Below, one piece after another: positions 37,892-49,054 of a stretch of DNA of 64,000 nucleotides. A model generated the notes under the pieces. It searched no databases. It saw only the letters and a program-made list of their open reading frames with translations, and was not told the origin of the DNA. The position numbers were made by a program, and so were the translations under genes. The first letter of the stretch is position 1. Each line of letters starts with the position of its first letter. Source of the DNA: Methylococcales bacterium (GTDB taxonomy: Bacteria > Pseudomonadota > Gammaproteobacteria > Methylococcales > Methylomonadaceae); the NCBI GenBank assembly GCA_028715725.1, contig JAQURG010000017.1, forward strand, positions 458 to 64,457, written 5' to 3'.

Positions 37892-38593
37892 ATGCCGTTC
37901 GCTATGAACTATTTCTCTGATGCCGTTGTTGCCGCCATTCATCTGATTTTTAAATTTGATGTCACTATTTATGAAATAGTATGGGCATCGTTAAAAATAT
38001 CGATGATAGCCACCTTATTTTCATCATTGCTGGGCGTGATATTAGGAATATGGACAGCGATCAGTGAGTTCACCGGTAAGCGATTTTTGGAACATCTGCT
38101 CAATACATTGATGGCAACGCCAACCGTAATGATTGGTCTGATCTTTTACGGCTTGCTCAGCCGAAAAGGCCCTTTAGGCGAGTTCGGCCTGTTGTATACA
38201 CAAACTGCTGTAATATTAGGGGAAGCCTGTTTAATCTTGCCGATTATTATGAACATGACTCTGGTAGCAGTTCGATCGGCAGACAATCGCCTGATAATGA
38301 CCTTAAAGATAATGGGTGCAAAAACCTGGCAGCAAATTCTGCTTATTTTAGGTGAATTGCGTTTTGTTATACTGGCGGCAGTGATTACCGGTTTCGGCAG
38401 GGCTATTGGCGAAGTGGGTGCTGCCATGATGCTGGGCGGTAATATTCAGGGTTCAACAAGAACCATGACAACGGCTATTGCTTTGGAAACGAGCAAAGGT
38501 GATTTTGAATTGGGTCTGGCCTTAGGGTTTTTGCTGCTGCTGATCGCCTTTGCTGTCAATTTACTGTTGCGATTGCTCGAGAATAGAGCATGA
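37892..38593 (+). CDS. ABC transporter permease, tungstate (TupB)-like
   Basis: About 6 TM segments and an EAA-like loop GFGRAIGEVGAAMMLGGNI, typical of the TupB/sulfate-molybdate-type permease family. There is no adjacent ATPase or binding protein. Confidence 0.72.
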   Translation: MPFAMNYFSDAVVAAIHLIFKFDVTIYEIVWASLKISMIATLFSSLLGVILGIWTAISEFTGKRFLEHLLNTLMATPTVMIGLIFYGLLSRKGPLGEFGLLYTQTAVILGEACLILPIIMNMTLVAVRSADNRLIMTLKIMGAKTWQQILLILGELRFVILAAVITGFGRAIGEVGAAMMLGGNIQGSTRTMTTAIALETSKGDFELGLALGFLLLLIAFAVNLLLRLLENRA

Positions 38594-38646
38594 ATCACAT
38601 ATAGATTTGGTACACTATTTTTCATAAAAATACCTCAGGGACAACT

Positions 38647-39699
38647 ATGCCGATTACATTAAAAGAGCTTGCAGACTTATGTGAAGCACGGATTCAGGGT
38701 GGCGATTTATCAGCAATTATCTATGCCGCCGCTGATATTACGTCGGCGCAAGCAGGGCAGGTCACACAGCTGACTAATAGCCGATATGCGCAGCATATTA
38801 AAAATTCAACTGCTTCCGCCTGCTTTATCGCCGAAGGTTTTGCTGCTGACAGCATACCTGAAGGCATGGCATTGCTGGTGTGCGCTGATCCTGAGATCAG
38901 TTTTATCAAGGCCGTCGAGTTACTGCATCCTGCCAGGGTTTATAATCCGGAAATAGCGCCTCAGGCAGTTCTTGGAAATAATGTCGCTTTGGGTAAAGAG
39001 GTTTTTATCGGGCCTTACGCCGTAATTGGTGAAAACGCTGTCATAGGCGATGGCAGCGTAATATTGGCTGGGGCCTATGTTGGTAAAAATGTAAAAGTAG
39101 GACAAAATTGCCGAATTTATCCTTATGCCGTTATTTATGATGATGTGGTCGTGGGGAATAATGTCATTATTCACTCAGGGTCTATTATCGGCGCCGATGG
39201 TTTTGGCTATAAATTCAGGAATAATATGCACGTCAAGGTGCCTCAGGTCGGTAACGTGGTTATCGATGATAATGTCGAAATTGGGGCTAATACGTGTATT
39301 GACAGAGGCGCGTTGGGAAGCACTACGATAGGAGCGGGCAGTAAAATAGATAATCTGGTGCAAATCGGCCACAATAACAAGGTCGGTAAAAACGTGATAA
39401 TGTGTGGTCTTACTGGCGTGTCCGGTTCCTGTGATATTGAAGATTATGCCATTCTGGCAGGAAGTTCAGGTGTTGCTGATCATGTCACTATCGGTAGTGG
39501 CGCTGTAGTCATGGCGCGTTCCGGTGTGGCGGGCAATGTCAAGGCTGGCGCACAGGTATTCGGCAGCCCGGCAAAAGATAAGAAGACGGCTTATAAAGAG
39601 CAGATTGCCGTCAGCAAATTGCCTGAACTGCTGAAAAAAGTAAAGCTGCTGGAAGAAAAAATCCAGGCGCTGGAGGCTGGCGTTAAAACAGCGCCATGA
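38647..39699 (+). CDS. lpxD: UDP-3-O-acylglucosamine N-acyltransferase
   Basis: N-terminal uridine-binding domain, hexapeptide repeats, catalytic [10 protein letters not shown], and a C-terminal coiled coil. Confidence 0.9.
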   Translation: MPITLKELADLCEARIQGGDLSAIIYAAADITSAQAGQVTQLTNSRYAQHIKNSTASACFIAEGFAADSIPEGMALLVCADPEISFIKAVELLHPARVYNPEIAPQAVLGNNVALGKEVFIGPYAVIGENAVIGDGSVILAGAYVGKNVKVGQNCRIYPYAVIYDDVVVGNNVIIHSGSIIGADGFGYKFRNNMHVKVPQVGNVVIDDNVEIGANTCIDRGALGSTTIGAGSKIDNLVQIGHNNKVGKNVIMCGLTGVSGSCDIEDYAILAGSSGVADHVTIGSGAVVMARSGVAGNVKAGAQVFGSPAKDKKTAYKEQIAVSKLPELLKKVKLLEEKIQALEAGVKTAP

Positions 39700-39907
39700 T
39701 TTTGCTCACAGAGTCTAAAAAATAGTCAAGAAGACGTTGGTTCGTCTTTATATTAGTGATCTCTTGATAGAGCTTAAGTTGAAAATTTCATCAGATATCC
39801 TTTTTATGTCCTTGCTATTCCTGAAAAACAATTCTTGTCAGAATAGCGTATGACGGATAACCTAGTAATACAGTAAACTATATCAATATAAACGATGGCC
39901 CAGAATA

Positions 39908-40615
39908 ATGACACTAACAGATAACGTACATCTGCATGAAATTAATAAGTTTGGCTCGATGGCTGAAGGTTGGTGGGATACTCAGGGTGAATTTAAAACC
40001 TTGCATGATATTAATCCGCTACGCATCCAGTTTATCCAGAGCTATGCGGATATCGCCGGCAAACGGATTGTTGATGTAGGTTGCGGCGGCGGTATTTTAA
40101 CTGAAGGTCTGGCTAAACATGGCGCGGATGTCCTGGGTATTGACCTCAGCGAAGAGCTGATTGATATCGCCGATTTGCATGGGCTGGAGTCGGGCGTGAG
40201 TGCGCATTATCAAAAAATCAGTGCAGAAGCGCTGGCGCAGCAGCAACCGGAAAGTTTTGATCATGTTACTTGCATGGAAATGCTGGAACATGTACCTGAT
40301 CCCGGATCAATTATTGCTGCCTGCGCTACTCTGGTTAAGCCTGGAGGCATGGTGTTTTTTTCGACGCTCAACCGTAAACCCAAGGCATACTTGCTTGCCA
40401 TCCTTGCAGCCGAGCATATTTTACAAATGCTGCCTAAAGGCACGCATAATTATAAAACCTTTATCAAACCGTCAGAGCTCAGCCAGTCGGCACGCGCAGC
40501 AGGTCTTGAGCTTCAGGGCATGGTAGGGGTTGAATACAATCCGCTTAACAAGCATTTCAGACTCGGCAAAGACATTGATGTCAACTATATCGCAGCCTTT
40601 AAACGAACCAAGTAA
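39908..40615 (+). CDS. ubiG: Bifunctional 3-demethylubiquinone/2-polyprenyl-6-hydroxyphenol O-methyltransferase
   Basis: EINKFGSMAEGWWD plus the SAM motif VDVGCGGGIL. Confidence 0.92.
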   Translation: MTLTDNVHLHEINKFGSMAEGWWDTQGEFKTLHDINPLRIQFIQSYADIAGKRIVDVGCGGGILTEGLAKHGADVLGIDLSEELIDIADLHGLESGVSAHYQKISAEALAQQQPESFDHVTCMEMLEHVPDPGSIIAACATLVKPGGMVFFSTLNRKPKAYLLAILAAEHILQMLPKGTHNYKTFIKPSELSQSARAAGLELQGMVGVEYNPLNKHFRLGKDIDVNYIAAFKRTK

Positions 40616-40617
40616 AA

Positions 40618-41304
40618 ATGCTGATGCCGACTGGTTTCAAATTGTCCTGCGTATTATTCGATCTTGATGGCACTTTGGTGGATACTGCGCCGGATTTAAC
40701 TTCATGCTTGAATAAAGCATTAAGTACTCATAGCCTGGCCCCTGTTTCCGCTGAAACAATCAAACCCTTTATTTCATTTGGCGCCATTACAATGATTAAC
40801 GAAAGCCTGAATGAATCTGCATCGGATGCACTTAGGGCAAATGTGCTGGAAACCATGCTCGACCTTTATCAAGATAATATTGCCGAACACACTGTTTTTT
40901 TCGAAGGTATGACAGATACCCTCGATATCATTGAGGCGCAAGGATTGAAATGGGGTGTAGTCACTAATAAACGGGAACGTTTTACGAATCCACTGATGGA
41001 TGCCCTAAAGCTTAGCGATCGTGCTGCCTGCATTATCAGTGGCGATACCACAGCCAATCAGAAACCTCATGTGGAGCCTATGCTGGCTGCCTGCAAACAG
41101 GCGGCAGTAAAGCCGCAAGAGTGTGTTTATATTGGCGATGCCATTCATGATATTGCCGCCGGAAGAAATGCCCAAATGAAAACTCTGGCCGCTCTTTATG
41201 GCTATCTTAAACCCGGCGACACCCCAGAAACCTGGGGCGCTGATGCCCTGATAGAATCTCCCGAAGAACTAGCAACCTGGATATCTTCAGCATTATGCCA
41301 TTAA
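40618..41304 (+). CDS. HAD-family phosphatase (phosphoglycolate phosphatase/MupP-like)
   Basis: The DLDGTLVDT motif. The ubiG-HAD-yciK synteny is as in Pseudomonas. Confidence 0.8.
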   Translation: MLMPTGFKLSCVLFDLDGTLVDTAPDLTSCLNKALSTHSLAPVSAETIKPFISFGAITMINESLNESASDALRANVLETMLDLYQDNIAEHTVFFEGMTDTLDIIEAQGLKWGVVTNKRERFTNPLMDALKLSDRAACIISGDTTANQKPHVEPMLAACKQAAVKPQECVYIGDAIHDIAAGRNAQMKTLAALYGYLKPGDTPETWGADALIESPEELATWISSALCH

Positions 41305-42023
41305 AAAATCAAGTTATTTTAATTACTGGTGCTGGCGGGGGGCTGGGCAGCGTAGCTGCTTTAACAATGGCCAAAAATGGCGCACATATTATTTTGCTGG
41401 ATAAAAATATAGCCAAGCTGGAAGCCGTTTACGACGCTATCCTCACTGTAAATGCTCCGGAACCCATCATCTATCCATTTGATTTGGCCGGAGCCAATGA
41501 AAATGAGTATCAGGAATTGGCAAATAGAGTCCAGGAAGAATATGGCTCTTTGCAAGGTCTGTTACATTCAGCAGTAGAATTCAGCTCGTTTACACCTATC
41601 GTCCAATTTAGCACGAAGGATTGGGGGCATACTTTAAACGTCAATCTGAATGCTCCTTTTCTACTAACCCGGGTATTATTGCCGGTACTGCAAAAAAGTC
41701 AGCATGCTTCTATTGTATTCACGTCTGATGCTTCTGCCAGAAAAGCGCACGCATACTCAGGTGCTTATGGTGTATCTAAAATAGCGCTGGAAGGCTTGGC
41801 GAAAATACTGGCTGAAGAACTTGAATCATCTAACAGAATCCGGGTCAATACGCTGATCCCGGGAGCGGTTGATTCTCCATTACGAAAACGCGCATATCCG
41901 GCTGAAGATAAATCCAGGTTGCCTGCAATGGAGGAGTTGGCGCCCGTTTATCTGTATTTATTTGGCACCCAAAGTATTGGTGTAACCGGGCAGGCCATTG
42001 ACGCACGAACTTTTCATTTATAA
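41295..42023 (+). CDS. YciK-family SDR oxidoreductase
   Basis: TGAGGGLG Rossmann motif and the YxxxK motif (YGVSK). Confidence 0.8.
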   Translation: MPLKNQVILITGAGGGLGSVAALTMAKNGAHIILLDKNIAKLEAVYDAILTVNAPEPIIYPFDLAGANENEYQELANRVQEEYGSLQGLLHSAVEFSSFTPIVQFSTKDWGHTLNVNLNAPFLLTRVLLPVLQKSQHASIVFTSDASARKAHAYSGAYGVSKIALEGLAKILAEELESSNRIRVNTLIPGAVDSPLRKRAYPAEDKSRLPAMEELAPVYLYLFGTQSIGVTGQAIDARTFHL

Positions 42024-42028
42024 TTATT

Positions 42029-42577
42029 ATGGCAGAACGAGATAGCTTTATTTTAACCAGAGACGTTGACATTATTACCATTCCTGATGGCACGCCCGGA
42101 ACCTTAAAAAAAGGCGAACAAGTGACTGTTCATCAATCTTTGGGTAATAATTATACCGTTTTCACAGAATTCGGTCATATGGTGCGTATAGGCGGTGCGG
42201 ATGCCGATGCCTTGGGCAAAGAGCAGCATCAACTGCATACACTGGTATCAGAAACCAGTCCTGAAGCGGTCGAAAAAAATTGCTGGGAAGTCATGAAAAC
42301 AGTTTATGATCCTGAAATTCCGGTAAACATAGTTGATCTTGGTCTCGTTTATTACTGCAATGTAAAGCCTGTCGGCGGGGGTAAAAATGATGTCCATATC
42401 ATAATGACATTGACTGCCCCTGGCTGTGGCATGGGGCCGGTCATTCAAAGTGATGTGGAAAAATGCATCCGCGCACTGCCGGGTGTCGCCAGTGTTGATG
42501 TTGAAGTGGTTCTTGATCCACCTTGGTCCCGTGAAATGATGTCGGAAGTGGCGCAGTTGCAGCTTGGCTTGTTTTAG
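42029..42577 (+). CDS. SufT-like Fe-S assembly protein (DUF59/MIP18 domain)
   Basis: VYDPEIPVNIVDLGLVY and LTAPGCGMG motifs. Confidence 0.75.
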   Translation: MAERDSFILTRDVDIITIPDGTPGTLKKGEQVTVHQSLGNNYTVFTEFGHMVRIGGADADALGKEQHQLHTLVSETSPEAVEKNCWEVMKTVYDPEIPVNIVDLGLVYYCNVKPVGGGKNDVHIIMTLTAPGCGMGPVIQSDVEKCIRALPGVASVDVEVVLDPPWSREMMSEVAQLQLGLF

Positions 42578-42860
42578 CCTTGAAGTCCAGCTATTTATGA
42601 GCGTCATGAGCAACAGCTGCTGTAAAATAACTCATATCACAAGGTATATAAATTGTTGAGGTTATTGTCGGAGTGAAACAATCAAGGCCGGGCCTGACCA
42701 AAAGTCAGGTCAACCAATCATGGAAAACTCTGGCTAGTGTTTAATTGCCCAACAAGGTATTTTAAGAAGAATTAAACTTGAAAGTATGGATGGAGTTAAG
42801 CATCAGTAAACAGACTGAATCTTTAACTAGGGTTACCCGTTCGGAATCAGCTCAGTTGTT

Positions 42861-43043
42861 ATGGATAAAGATAAAAAATTTTTTACTTTTAAAGATTCAG
42901 ATGGTTTAGTTAAAAAATTGTTTTTAACTATTGGATTGGCTATTGCGTTGTTCATTCTTATGCTGTTTTCAAGTGGAATATTTTTTACAGGAGCAGTAGT
43001 GCAAGGCATGAATGAGACTGCCACGAGCAATAGTCATAAGTAA
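42861..43043 (+). CDS. Hypothetical 60-aa single-TM peptide
   Basis: ORF in an AT-rich spacer with one hydrophobic helix. There is no homology evidence. Confidence 0.25.
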   Translation: MDKDKKFFTFKDSDGLVKKLFLTIGLAIALFILMLFSSGIFFTGAVVQGMNETATSNSHK

Positions 43044-43171
43044 GAGTCAAATCTGTAGTTGTCAGATTATTAGCCACGTGAAGCTAGTGCATTATTTGAA
43101 TCAGAGTGAATTATTTATAATAGATTTATAGCAAGACTAGGGCGCTGTAATCAAGCAATAGAGGCTCAATA

Positions 43172-43552
43172 ATGAAATTATACAAACCGTTGTGGATATT
43201 AATCTTAATGATGGCTGCCACTCATGTCTGGGCATATGGGAGTAGCGGCAGTAGCAAAAAGGCATGTAACAAACCAAAATTCATTGAATTTATGCCTTCC
43301 CACAATGCTCAAGTTTCAGCAAAATCAGAATTTTCTTTTGTGGCATCTGCTAATACCGACCCGAAAAGCATTATCGTTACGATAAAAGATCAGCCTGTGG
43401 CAATTAATATAAAGCCAGAAAATCAGGTCTTTCAGGTAAAAGGGCGGCTTCCCGATACCCTAACAGAAGGCTTTGCCAGAATTAGCGTTACTGCTGACAG
43501 CCTAAGCGGATGTAAAGGCAGTGATGGATGGTTAGTAAGAATTATTGAATAG
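43172..43552 (+). CDS. Hypothetical secreted protein (126 aa)
   Basis: Signal peptide (VWA-YG) and a predicted beta-rich mature part with two Cys. I recognise no family. Confidence 0.5.
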   Translation: MKLYKPLWILILMMAATHVWAYGSSGSSKKACNKPKFIEFMPSHNAQVSAKSEFSFVASANTDPKSIIVTIKDQPVAINIKPENQVFQVKGRLPDTLTEGFARISVTADSLSGCKGSDGWLVRIIE

Positions 43553-43769
43553 TTACTTTGCTAATATTGCAGAGTAGCTCGTACGAAAATTACTTATTGT
43601 TGCAGTTATTTATAGAACGGCCGACAACTGGTCTTCATTAATTTGCGAACAATTGTTGTGCTGAATTCATTTAATTTTAATGAGTCGTGATCAGCCTGTT
43701 GAATTAAATATGCTTATACGTAGCTCTTGTATATAAGCATTAGCGTATTTTTATAAGGAAGGCGTTTCT

Positions 43770-44150
43770 ATGGCTTTAAAAAAAAGAGAGCCTGACAAAA
43801 ACAAACTAAACCAGATAGTTACTGAGGCCCGTCGAGCTCAGGAGCTCAGAGAACAATCTTATCGCGGACAAGCACTTAAGCTCTATCCGTGGATATGCGG
43901 TCGCTGTACGCGTGAATTTACGCACAAGAATTTGGCCGAGCTGACCGTCCATCATAAAAACCACGACCACGATCATAATCCTCCCGATGGGAGCAACTGG
44001 GAGTTATTATGCCTTTATTGTCATGATAATGAACACTCGCGCTATGAAGAAACCCGTTTCGGCAGCACACAAACAACCAAGTCCAGCGCTCCGGTTGCGA
44101 GCCACAATCCTTTCGCAGATCTAAAAAAATTACTGGATAGTAAAAAATAA
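43770..44150 (+). CDS. yajD: HNH nuclease family protein YajD
   Basis: C.RC ... HHKNHDHDHNPPDGSNWELLCLYCHDNEH. Confidence 0.85.
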   Translation: MALKKREPDKNKLNQIVTEARRAQELREQSYRGQALKLYPWICGRCTREFTHKNLAELTVHHKNHDHDHNPPDGSNWELLCLYCHDNEHSRYEETRFGSTQTTKSSAPVASHNPFADLKKLLDSKK

Positions 44151-44204
44151 TGCTCAAGGTTTAAGATAAAACATTTGATCGTTATATTCAAAATCCGGTA
44201 GCGT

Positions 44205-44648
44205 CTATCTTGACGCCATCGAATCAATGCCAAGATTGGCTAAAAGATCGGCTCTGTCATTATCTTTGTCGCCTGAATGGCCCTTTACCCATTTCCATTG
44301 AATCTTATGCTGCGCACTGGCAGTGTCCAGTCTGCGCCATAAATCTTCATTTTTAACCGGTGTTTTAGAAGCGGTTTTCCATCCTTTTTTTTTCCAGTTG
44401 GGCATCCAGTCAGTAATGCCTTTCAATACATAGATTGAGTCGCTGTTAAGCTCAATTGAGCAGGGCCTGGATAATGATTCGAGCGCTTGTATGACGGCCA
44501 TCAGCTCCATGCGATTATTGGTGGTATGTTTTTCTCCGCCATAGATTTCCTTGATATTGCTTTTATAGTTCATTATGACGCCCCACCCGCCAGGTCCTGG
44601 ATTACCGCGGCAAGCTCCATCAGTATGAATGATGACAATATCAGTCAT
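44205..44648 (-). CDS. rnhA: Ribonuclease HI
   Basis: [15 protein letters not shown] ... TNNRMEL ... DS.Y ... W.WVKGHSG...N..AD. Confidence 0.95.
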   Translation of the reverse strand: MTDIVIIHTDGACRGNPGPGGWGVIMNYKSNIKEIYGGEKHTTNNRMELMAVIQALESLSRPCSIELNSDSIYVLKGITDWMPNWKKKGWKTASKTPVKNEDLWRRLDTASAQHKIQWKWVKGHSGDKDNDRADLLANLGIDSMASR

Positions 44649-45357
44649 GCTTTGTTATCCGTGCAGAGGGATTGAGTGAGTTGATCAGGACTAACCGGGG
44701 GCTTTCGTTTTTAACGGGGGTTAGAGGGATCAAATTATAGCGGCGTTTTATAGCTTTAATTGCATAGGCTGTAGATGAAAGCGAGAGTGTGGGGGTTATA
44801 AATTTTCCATGCGTAGAATGAACTGAATCCAGATGAAACTCGGATGATACGGTAACTTCAAAATTCAATAGTTTTAACCAGTCCAGAATTCTGGATCGGG
44901 AAATAAAATGCCCGCCCCATGAGTCGGCCAGTTTTTTATCCCATAAATATTGATATCGAAGCCATAGGCTCCAGGGATTAAAGTTTAACACTATCAATAG
45001 CCCCTCCGGTTTTAAAATACGCTCCACTTCTCTTACTGTTTGAAATCGATGGGTATCGAATTCCAGTAAATGTGGCACTATTATCATGTCCACACTGTTA
45101 CTCTGTAATGGCAAACTAAATGCTTTTGCCTGGATTTTTCTTGCCTCACCATAGCCGAGATTTTTAGCATCCAATATCGTATAGTATTTGTACAAAGTGC
45201 AATCAACAAATTCATCTTCCCAGCCCAAGCCTCCAATTTGCAAAATAGTTTGCTGACAACTGACAGTAATAGATCGCTGTATATAAGCTGATTCAAGCTC
45301 TTGCAACAGCTTGCCCCTGGGTGTTTGGTACCAGGAAAATAAAAAATTGCGCTTCAT
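44641..45357 (-). CDS. Class I SAM-dependent methyltransferase-like protein
   Basis: Position upstream of rnhA as in Pseudomonas, with MT-like motifs ([15 protein letters not shown]). Confidence 0.7.
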   Translation of the reverse strand: MKRNFLFSWYQTPRGKLLQELESAYIQRSITVSCQQTILQIGGLGWEDEFVDCTLYKYYTILDAKNLGYGEARKIQAKAFSLPLQSNSVDMIIVPHLLEFDTHRFQTVREVERILKPEGLLIVLNFNPWSLWLRYQYLWDKKLADSWGGHFISRSRILDWLKLLNFEVTVSSEFHLDSVHSTHGKFITPTLSLSSTAYAIKAIKRRYNLIPLTPVKNESPRLVLINSLNPSARITKHD

Positions 45358-45462
45358 GGATCAATGCTCAGCAATATAAGGGGGACGGCGGTAATGTTTT
45401 TTTATTGAAAATGTGGTATATTGAAATCATTATAATAATAAACTTTACCTAAGGCATTAGTT

Positions 45463-47136
45463 ATGTGGGTTAATTTTAACAGGTCAGTTAATTTTTTATT
45501 AATTTCAATAACTTTAATAGCCACCGGTTGCTCTGAAACATCAAAAGAGCCCGTCAAAATTAACGATCAGATACCTGTTAAAACTTATAAGCCTTATAAG
45601 AATAATGGCTATGTCTATCATCCGTACCGCGCATTACCCAAATATAAATTCAAAACTGCAGCCACGCACAAAAATACTGTCTGGGAACGGTTATTTTCAC
45701 TATATTCATTACCGGAAATTAATAATTCACGCATAGACCGCGAATTATATTGGTACCTGGAACATCCCGCCTCTCTTGCAATACTTCAGCAACGGGCAGA
45801 ACCTTATCTGCATCATATTCTTGATGAAATTGAGGCCAAAAATATTCCGGGTGAATTGGCGTTACTGCCCATTGTTGAGAGCGCTTTTATACCCGATGCT
45901 TATTCAAAAGCTGATGCTTCAGGCCTTTGGCAGTTTATTCCATCTACCGGTCAGGAGTTCGGCCTTCAGCAAAATGCATGGTATGACGGTCGTCGTGATG
46001 TCTATGCCTCAACAAAAGCAGCAACTACTTATTTAAGACAACTGAGCGAAACTTTTGATGGCGATTGGCTGCTGGCGCTTGCTTCTTACAATTGCGGAAA
46101 AGGCAGGGTAAGAAAATCCATAGAGCAAAATGAGTATCGTAATCTGCCAAGTGATTTTTGGTCGTTAGACTTGCCTGAAGAAACCCAAAACTATGTGCCC
46201 CGCTTACTGGCTGTAGCTAAATTATTTGCCAATGCAGACGAATATAACATTCATTTGCAACATATCCCGAATAAACCCTATTTTGAAGTCGTTGACATTA
46301 AGTATCCGATAGATTTGCACAAAGCAGCGCAACTGGCTAACACTCCCCTGGATAAGTTTCTAAAGTTAAATCCCGGATTTAACCGTTCCTGCACCGCACC
46401 CGAAGGTCCACATCGTTTATTGGTGCCTGTTGCAGAGGCGCAGTCCTTCAAAAGGAGTCTGGCTCTGCTTCCGTATTCTGAGCGGGTCAATACAATGGCA
46501 TACTATGACAATCAGGTAGCCCATGTTTATAACCAGGAAAGAGATGAAGAGCAAGTAGCCCGGATTGGCCAGGAAGTAACGGGGACAAGTTTCAGTCAAT
46601 ATAAGGCCAAGCCAAGTGAAAGTTTGGGGTCGCTTACGGAAGATGACCATGCCGCCATTAAATCAACGCGCCGAATGAACAATTTTGCAGCTAATTCAAC
46701 CCATTCAGGCATGCGGCAGCTTCCGGCAGAATCAAAATACAGCAGTGTCCGCTTGCTTGCTAAAGCTTCTAAAAATAAATCCGCAAATGTTCAGCTCTAC
46801 GCAATCAAAAAAGGCGACACGTTCTTTAATATTTCTCAACGTTTTTCTGTGGCTCCCAAAGACATTGCGCATTGGAACAACATCACTTTAAGAACAGCAT
46901 TAATTCCAGGCCGAAAGCTGACGATCAAGAATATTAATCCACAACTTGCCAGCACATCGTCTTCAACCCGCTTGATAAGTTATAAGGTTGGTAAGGGCGA
47001 CACCTTGACTCAGATTTCCAGAAAATTTAATGTATCCGTTGCAGATATACGCAAATCAAATACTGCGATTCTTGCTAGAGGACTCCAGTCTGGCCAAAAG
47101 TTGAAAATAATTATTGATGGCCAACCAACTACCTAG
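45463..47136 (+). CDS. mltD: Membrane-bound lytic murein transglycosylase D with C-terminal LysM repeats
   Basis: Lipobox ATGC, SLT catalytic context (PIVESAF, GLWQF), and two LysM-like repeats (YAIKKGDTFFNISQRF, YKVGKGDTLTQISRKF). Confidence 0.88.
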   Translation: MWVNFNRSVNFLLISITLIATGCSETSKEPVKINDQIPVKTYKPYKNNGYVYHPYRALPKYKFKTAATHKNTVWERLFSLYSLPEINNSRIDRELYWYLEHPASLAILQQRAEPYLHHILDEIEAKNIPGELALLPIVESAFIPDAYSKADASGLWQFIPSTGQEFGLQQNAWYDGRRDVYASTKAATTYLRQLSETFDGDWLLALASYNCGKGRVRKSIEQNEYRNLPSDFWSLDLPEETQNYVPRLLAVAKLFANADEYNIHLQHIPNKPYFEVVDIKYPIDLHKAAQLANTPLDKFLKLNPGFNRSCTAPEGPHRLLVPVAEAQSFKRSLALLPYSERVNTMAYYDNQVAHVYNQERDEEQVARIGQEVTGTSFSQYKAKPSESLGSLTEDDHAAIKSTRRMNNFAANSTHSGMRQLPAESKYSSVRLLAKASKNKSANVQLYAIKKGDTFFNISQRFSVAPKDIAHWNNITLRTALIPGRKLTIKNINPQLASTSSSTRLISYKVGKGDTLTQISRKFNVSVADIRKSNTAILARGLQSGQKLKIIIDGQPTT

Positions 47137-47305
47137 CCTGATTGACATTGAAATAACTTCCCGCATGATGCTCATTGCCAAAACAGAAAGTCTATGCATG
47201 AGATATATTAGCGCGCTAAAGCCGGACCTGGTATAACACAAACTGAAGCTTATAAGTCACAATCTAAAGCTGAAGCTTGAAAAAGACTGAAATCATAAGG
47301 CCAAT

Positions 47306-48403
47306 TTATTCGTTCGACTTGGATTCAATAATACCTCCGCCTAAACAAACTTCATTTTCATAAAACACCACCGACTGCCCGGGTGTGATCGCTCTTTGCG
47401 GGTGGTCAAAAATGGCTTTACATTGGTTATTATCCAATGGCTCCAAGCAGCAGGGTTGATCTGCCTGACGGTAGCGAGTTTTAACTGAGCAATATAGCGG
47501 TTCTGTTAAGGGTTTATTGCTGCACCAGTCCAGTTGACCCGCTTCCAGGATATTATGCAAAATCAACGGGTGATCGTGCCCTTGACCTACAATTAATACA
47601 TTATTATCAAGGTCTTTTTCAAGTACATACCATGGTTCATCGAGAGAATTTTTAACACCCCCTATGCCTAATCCCTGACGTTGCCCCAGGGTGTAATACA
47701 TCAAGCCGGAATGCTGGCCTATATGCTGACCTTTATCCGTGCGTATTTCTCCGGGTTGAGTGGGTAGATAGCGTTGCAGGAATTCATTAAATTTACGCTC
47801 TCCAATAAAACAAATGCCTGTGCTGTCCTTTTTCCTGTAGTTGGAGAATCCTGCTTTTTTGGCAAGGTCACGAATTTCCGGTTTATGCAGGTGTCCGATG
47901 GGAAATAGAGTGCGGGATAACTGTTTTTGTCCTAGTGTATAAAGGAAGTAACTTTGTTCCTTGTTCGGATCCAGCCCTTTTAATAGAAAATATTCACCAT
48001 TTTTTTCAATGACACGTGCGTAATGGCCTGTGGCAATATACTCTGCGCCCAAATCTGCAATGGCATAATTTAAGAAGGCTTTGAATTTAATGTGTTTATT
48101 GCAAAGGATGTCTGGATTTGGGGTGCGACCGGCTTTAAACTCAGATAGAAATACCTCAAACACTTCGTCCCAATATTCGGCCGCAAAATTGACGGTTTTC
48201 AGTTTTATGCCTAATTTATCGCAGACTTGTTGTGCGTCAGCTAGATCTTCCATGGCTGTGCAGTATGTCGTGCCGTCATCTTCCTCCCAGTTTTTCATGA
48301 ATAAACCGGTGACTTGGTGGCCCTGTTCCAGTAGTTGTAAGGCGGTTACAGAAGAATCCACGCCTCCGGACATTCCGACAATTATGTTTTTACTCATGGT
48401 CAA
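47306..48403 (-). CDS. mnmA: tRNA 2-thiouridine(34) synthase
   Basis: PP-loop SGGVDSS and the conserved Cys pair. Confidence 0.95.
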   Translation of the reverse strand: MTMSKNIIVGMSGGVDSSVTALQLLEQGHQVTGLFMKNWEEDDGTTYCTAMEDLADAQQVCDKLGIKLKTVNFAAEYWDEVFEVFLSEFKAGRTPNPDILCNKHIKFKAFLNYAIADLGAEYIATGHYARVIEKNGEYFLLKGLDPNKEQSYFLYTLGQKQLSRTLFPIGHLHKPEIRDLAKKAGFSNYRKKDSTGICFIGERKFNEFLQRYLPTQPGEIRTDKGQHIGQHSGLMYYTLGQRQGLGIGGVKNSLDEPWYVLEKDLDNNVLIVGQGHDHPLILHNILEAGQLDWCSNKPLTEPLYCSVKTRYRQADQPCCLEPLDNNQCKAIFDHPQRAITPGQSVVFYENEVCLGGGIIESKSNE

Positions 48404-48851
48404 GATCGAGAAATGATTTTAATAAAGATAAAGGATAGCGTTGCCCGCTCAGGTATTCGTCTACGCTAATGAGCACCAAAGGGCTGCGTAATCTATGTTG
48501 TGACGCGGCGATTTCTTCACGCGTAAGCCAGTGCGTAGCAATTATGCCATCATCTAATTGCTGATTTGGATTATGGTTATGGCAGTGGCCGGAAAAGCAA
48601 ATTCTGACAAATGTAGGATACTCAGGTTTTCTACGCCACAGTTGGACAGAAATAATATGTTCTGGTTCAAATTGCCAGGCAGTTTCTTCATACACTTCAC
48701 GTTGAATAGCAGTAACCAGGTCTTCATTTTCTTCGAAATGTCCAGCAGGTTGATTGAATTGAAGCCCATGTGGCGTTTCTTCTTCAACAATTAAAAAGCG
48801 GTTATCACGTTCAATAACGGCGGCAACTGTCACATGAGGTTTCCAGACCAT
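48390..48851 (-). CDS. NUDIX hydrolase (NudJ-like)
   Basis: Nudix box [21 protein letters not shown]. The nudix-mnmA synteny supports the call. Confidence 0.85.
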   Translation of the reverse strand: MVWKPHVTVAAVIERDNRFLIVEEETPHGLQFNQPAGHFEENEDLVTAIQREVYEETAWQFEPEHIISVQLWRRKPEYPTFVRICFSGHCHNHNPNQQLDDGIIATHWLTREEIAASQHRLRSPLVLISVDEYLSGQRYPLSLLKSFLDLDHE

Positions 48852-49054
48852 GCAAAGATTCCTGGCGAAAAACTGTCATTTTACTAGAATAAGGCAATAT
48901 ATGCTGATAAAAGTATAAAACGTAAAGAAGTTGTCCAATATTTAATTTAATGTTCATATTGAACCTTTTGTGTATTATTCTGTTATATATATTAAGCTTG
49001 AAATGCACTAAGATTGTCATTATGTTAAGCACATAGAATTTTAATTTGGTTGTT

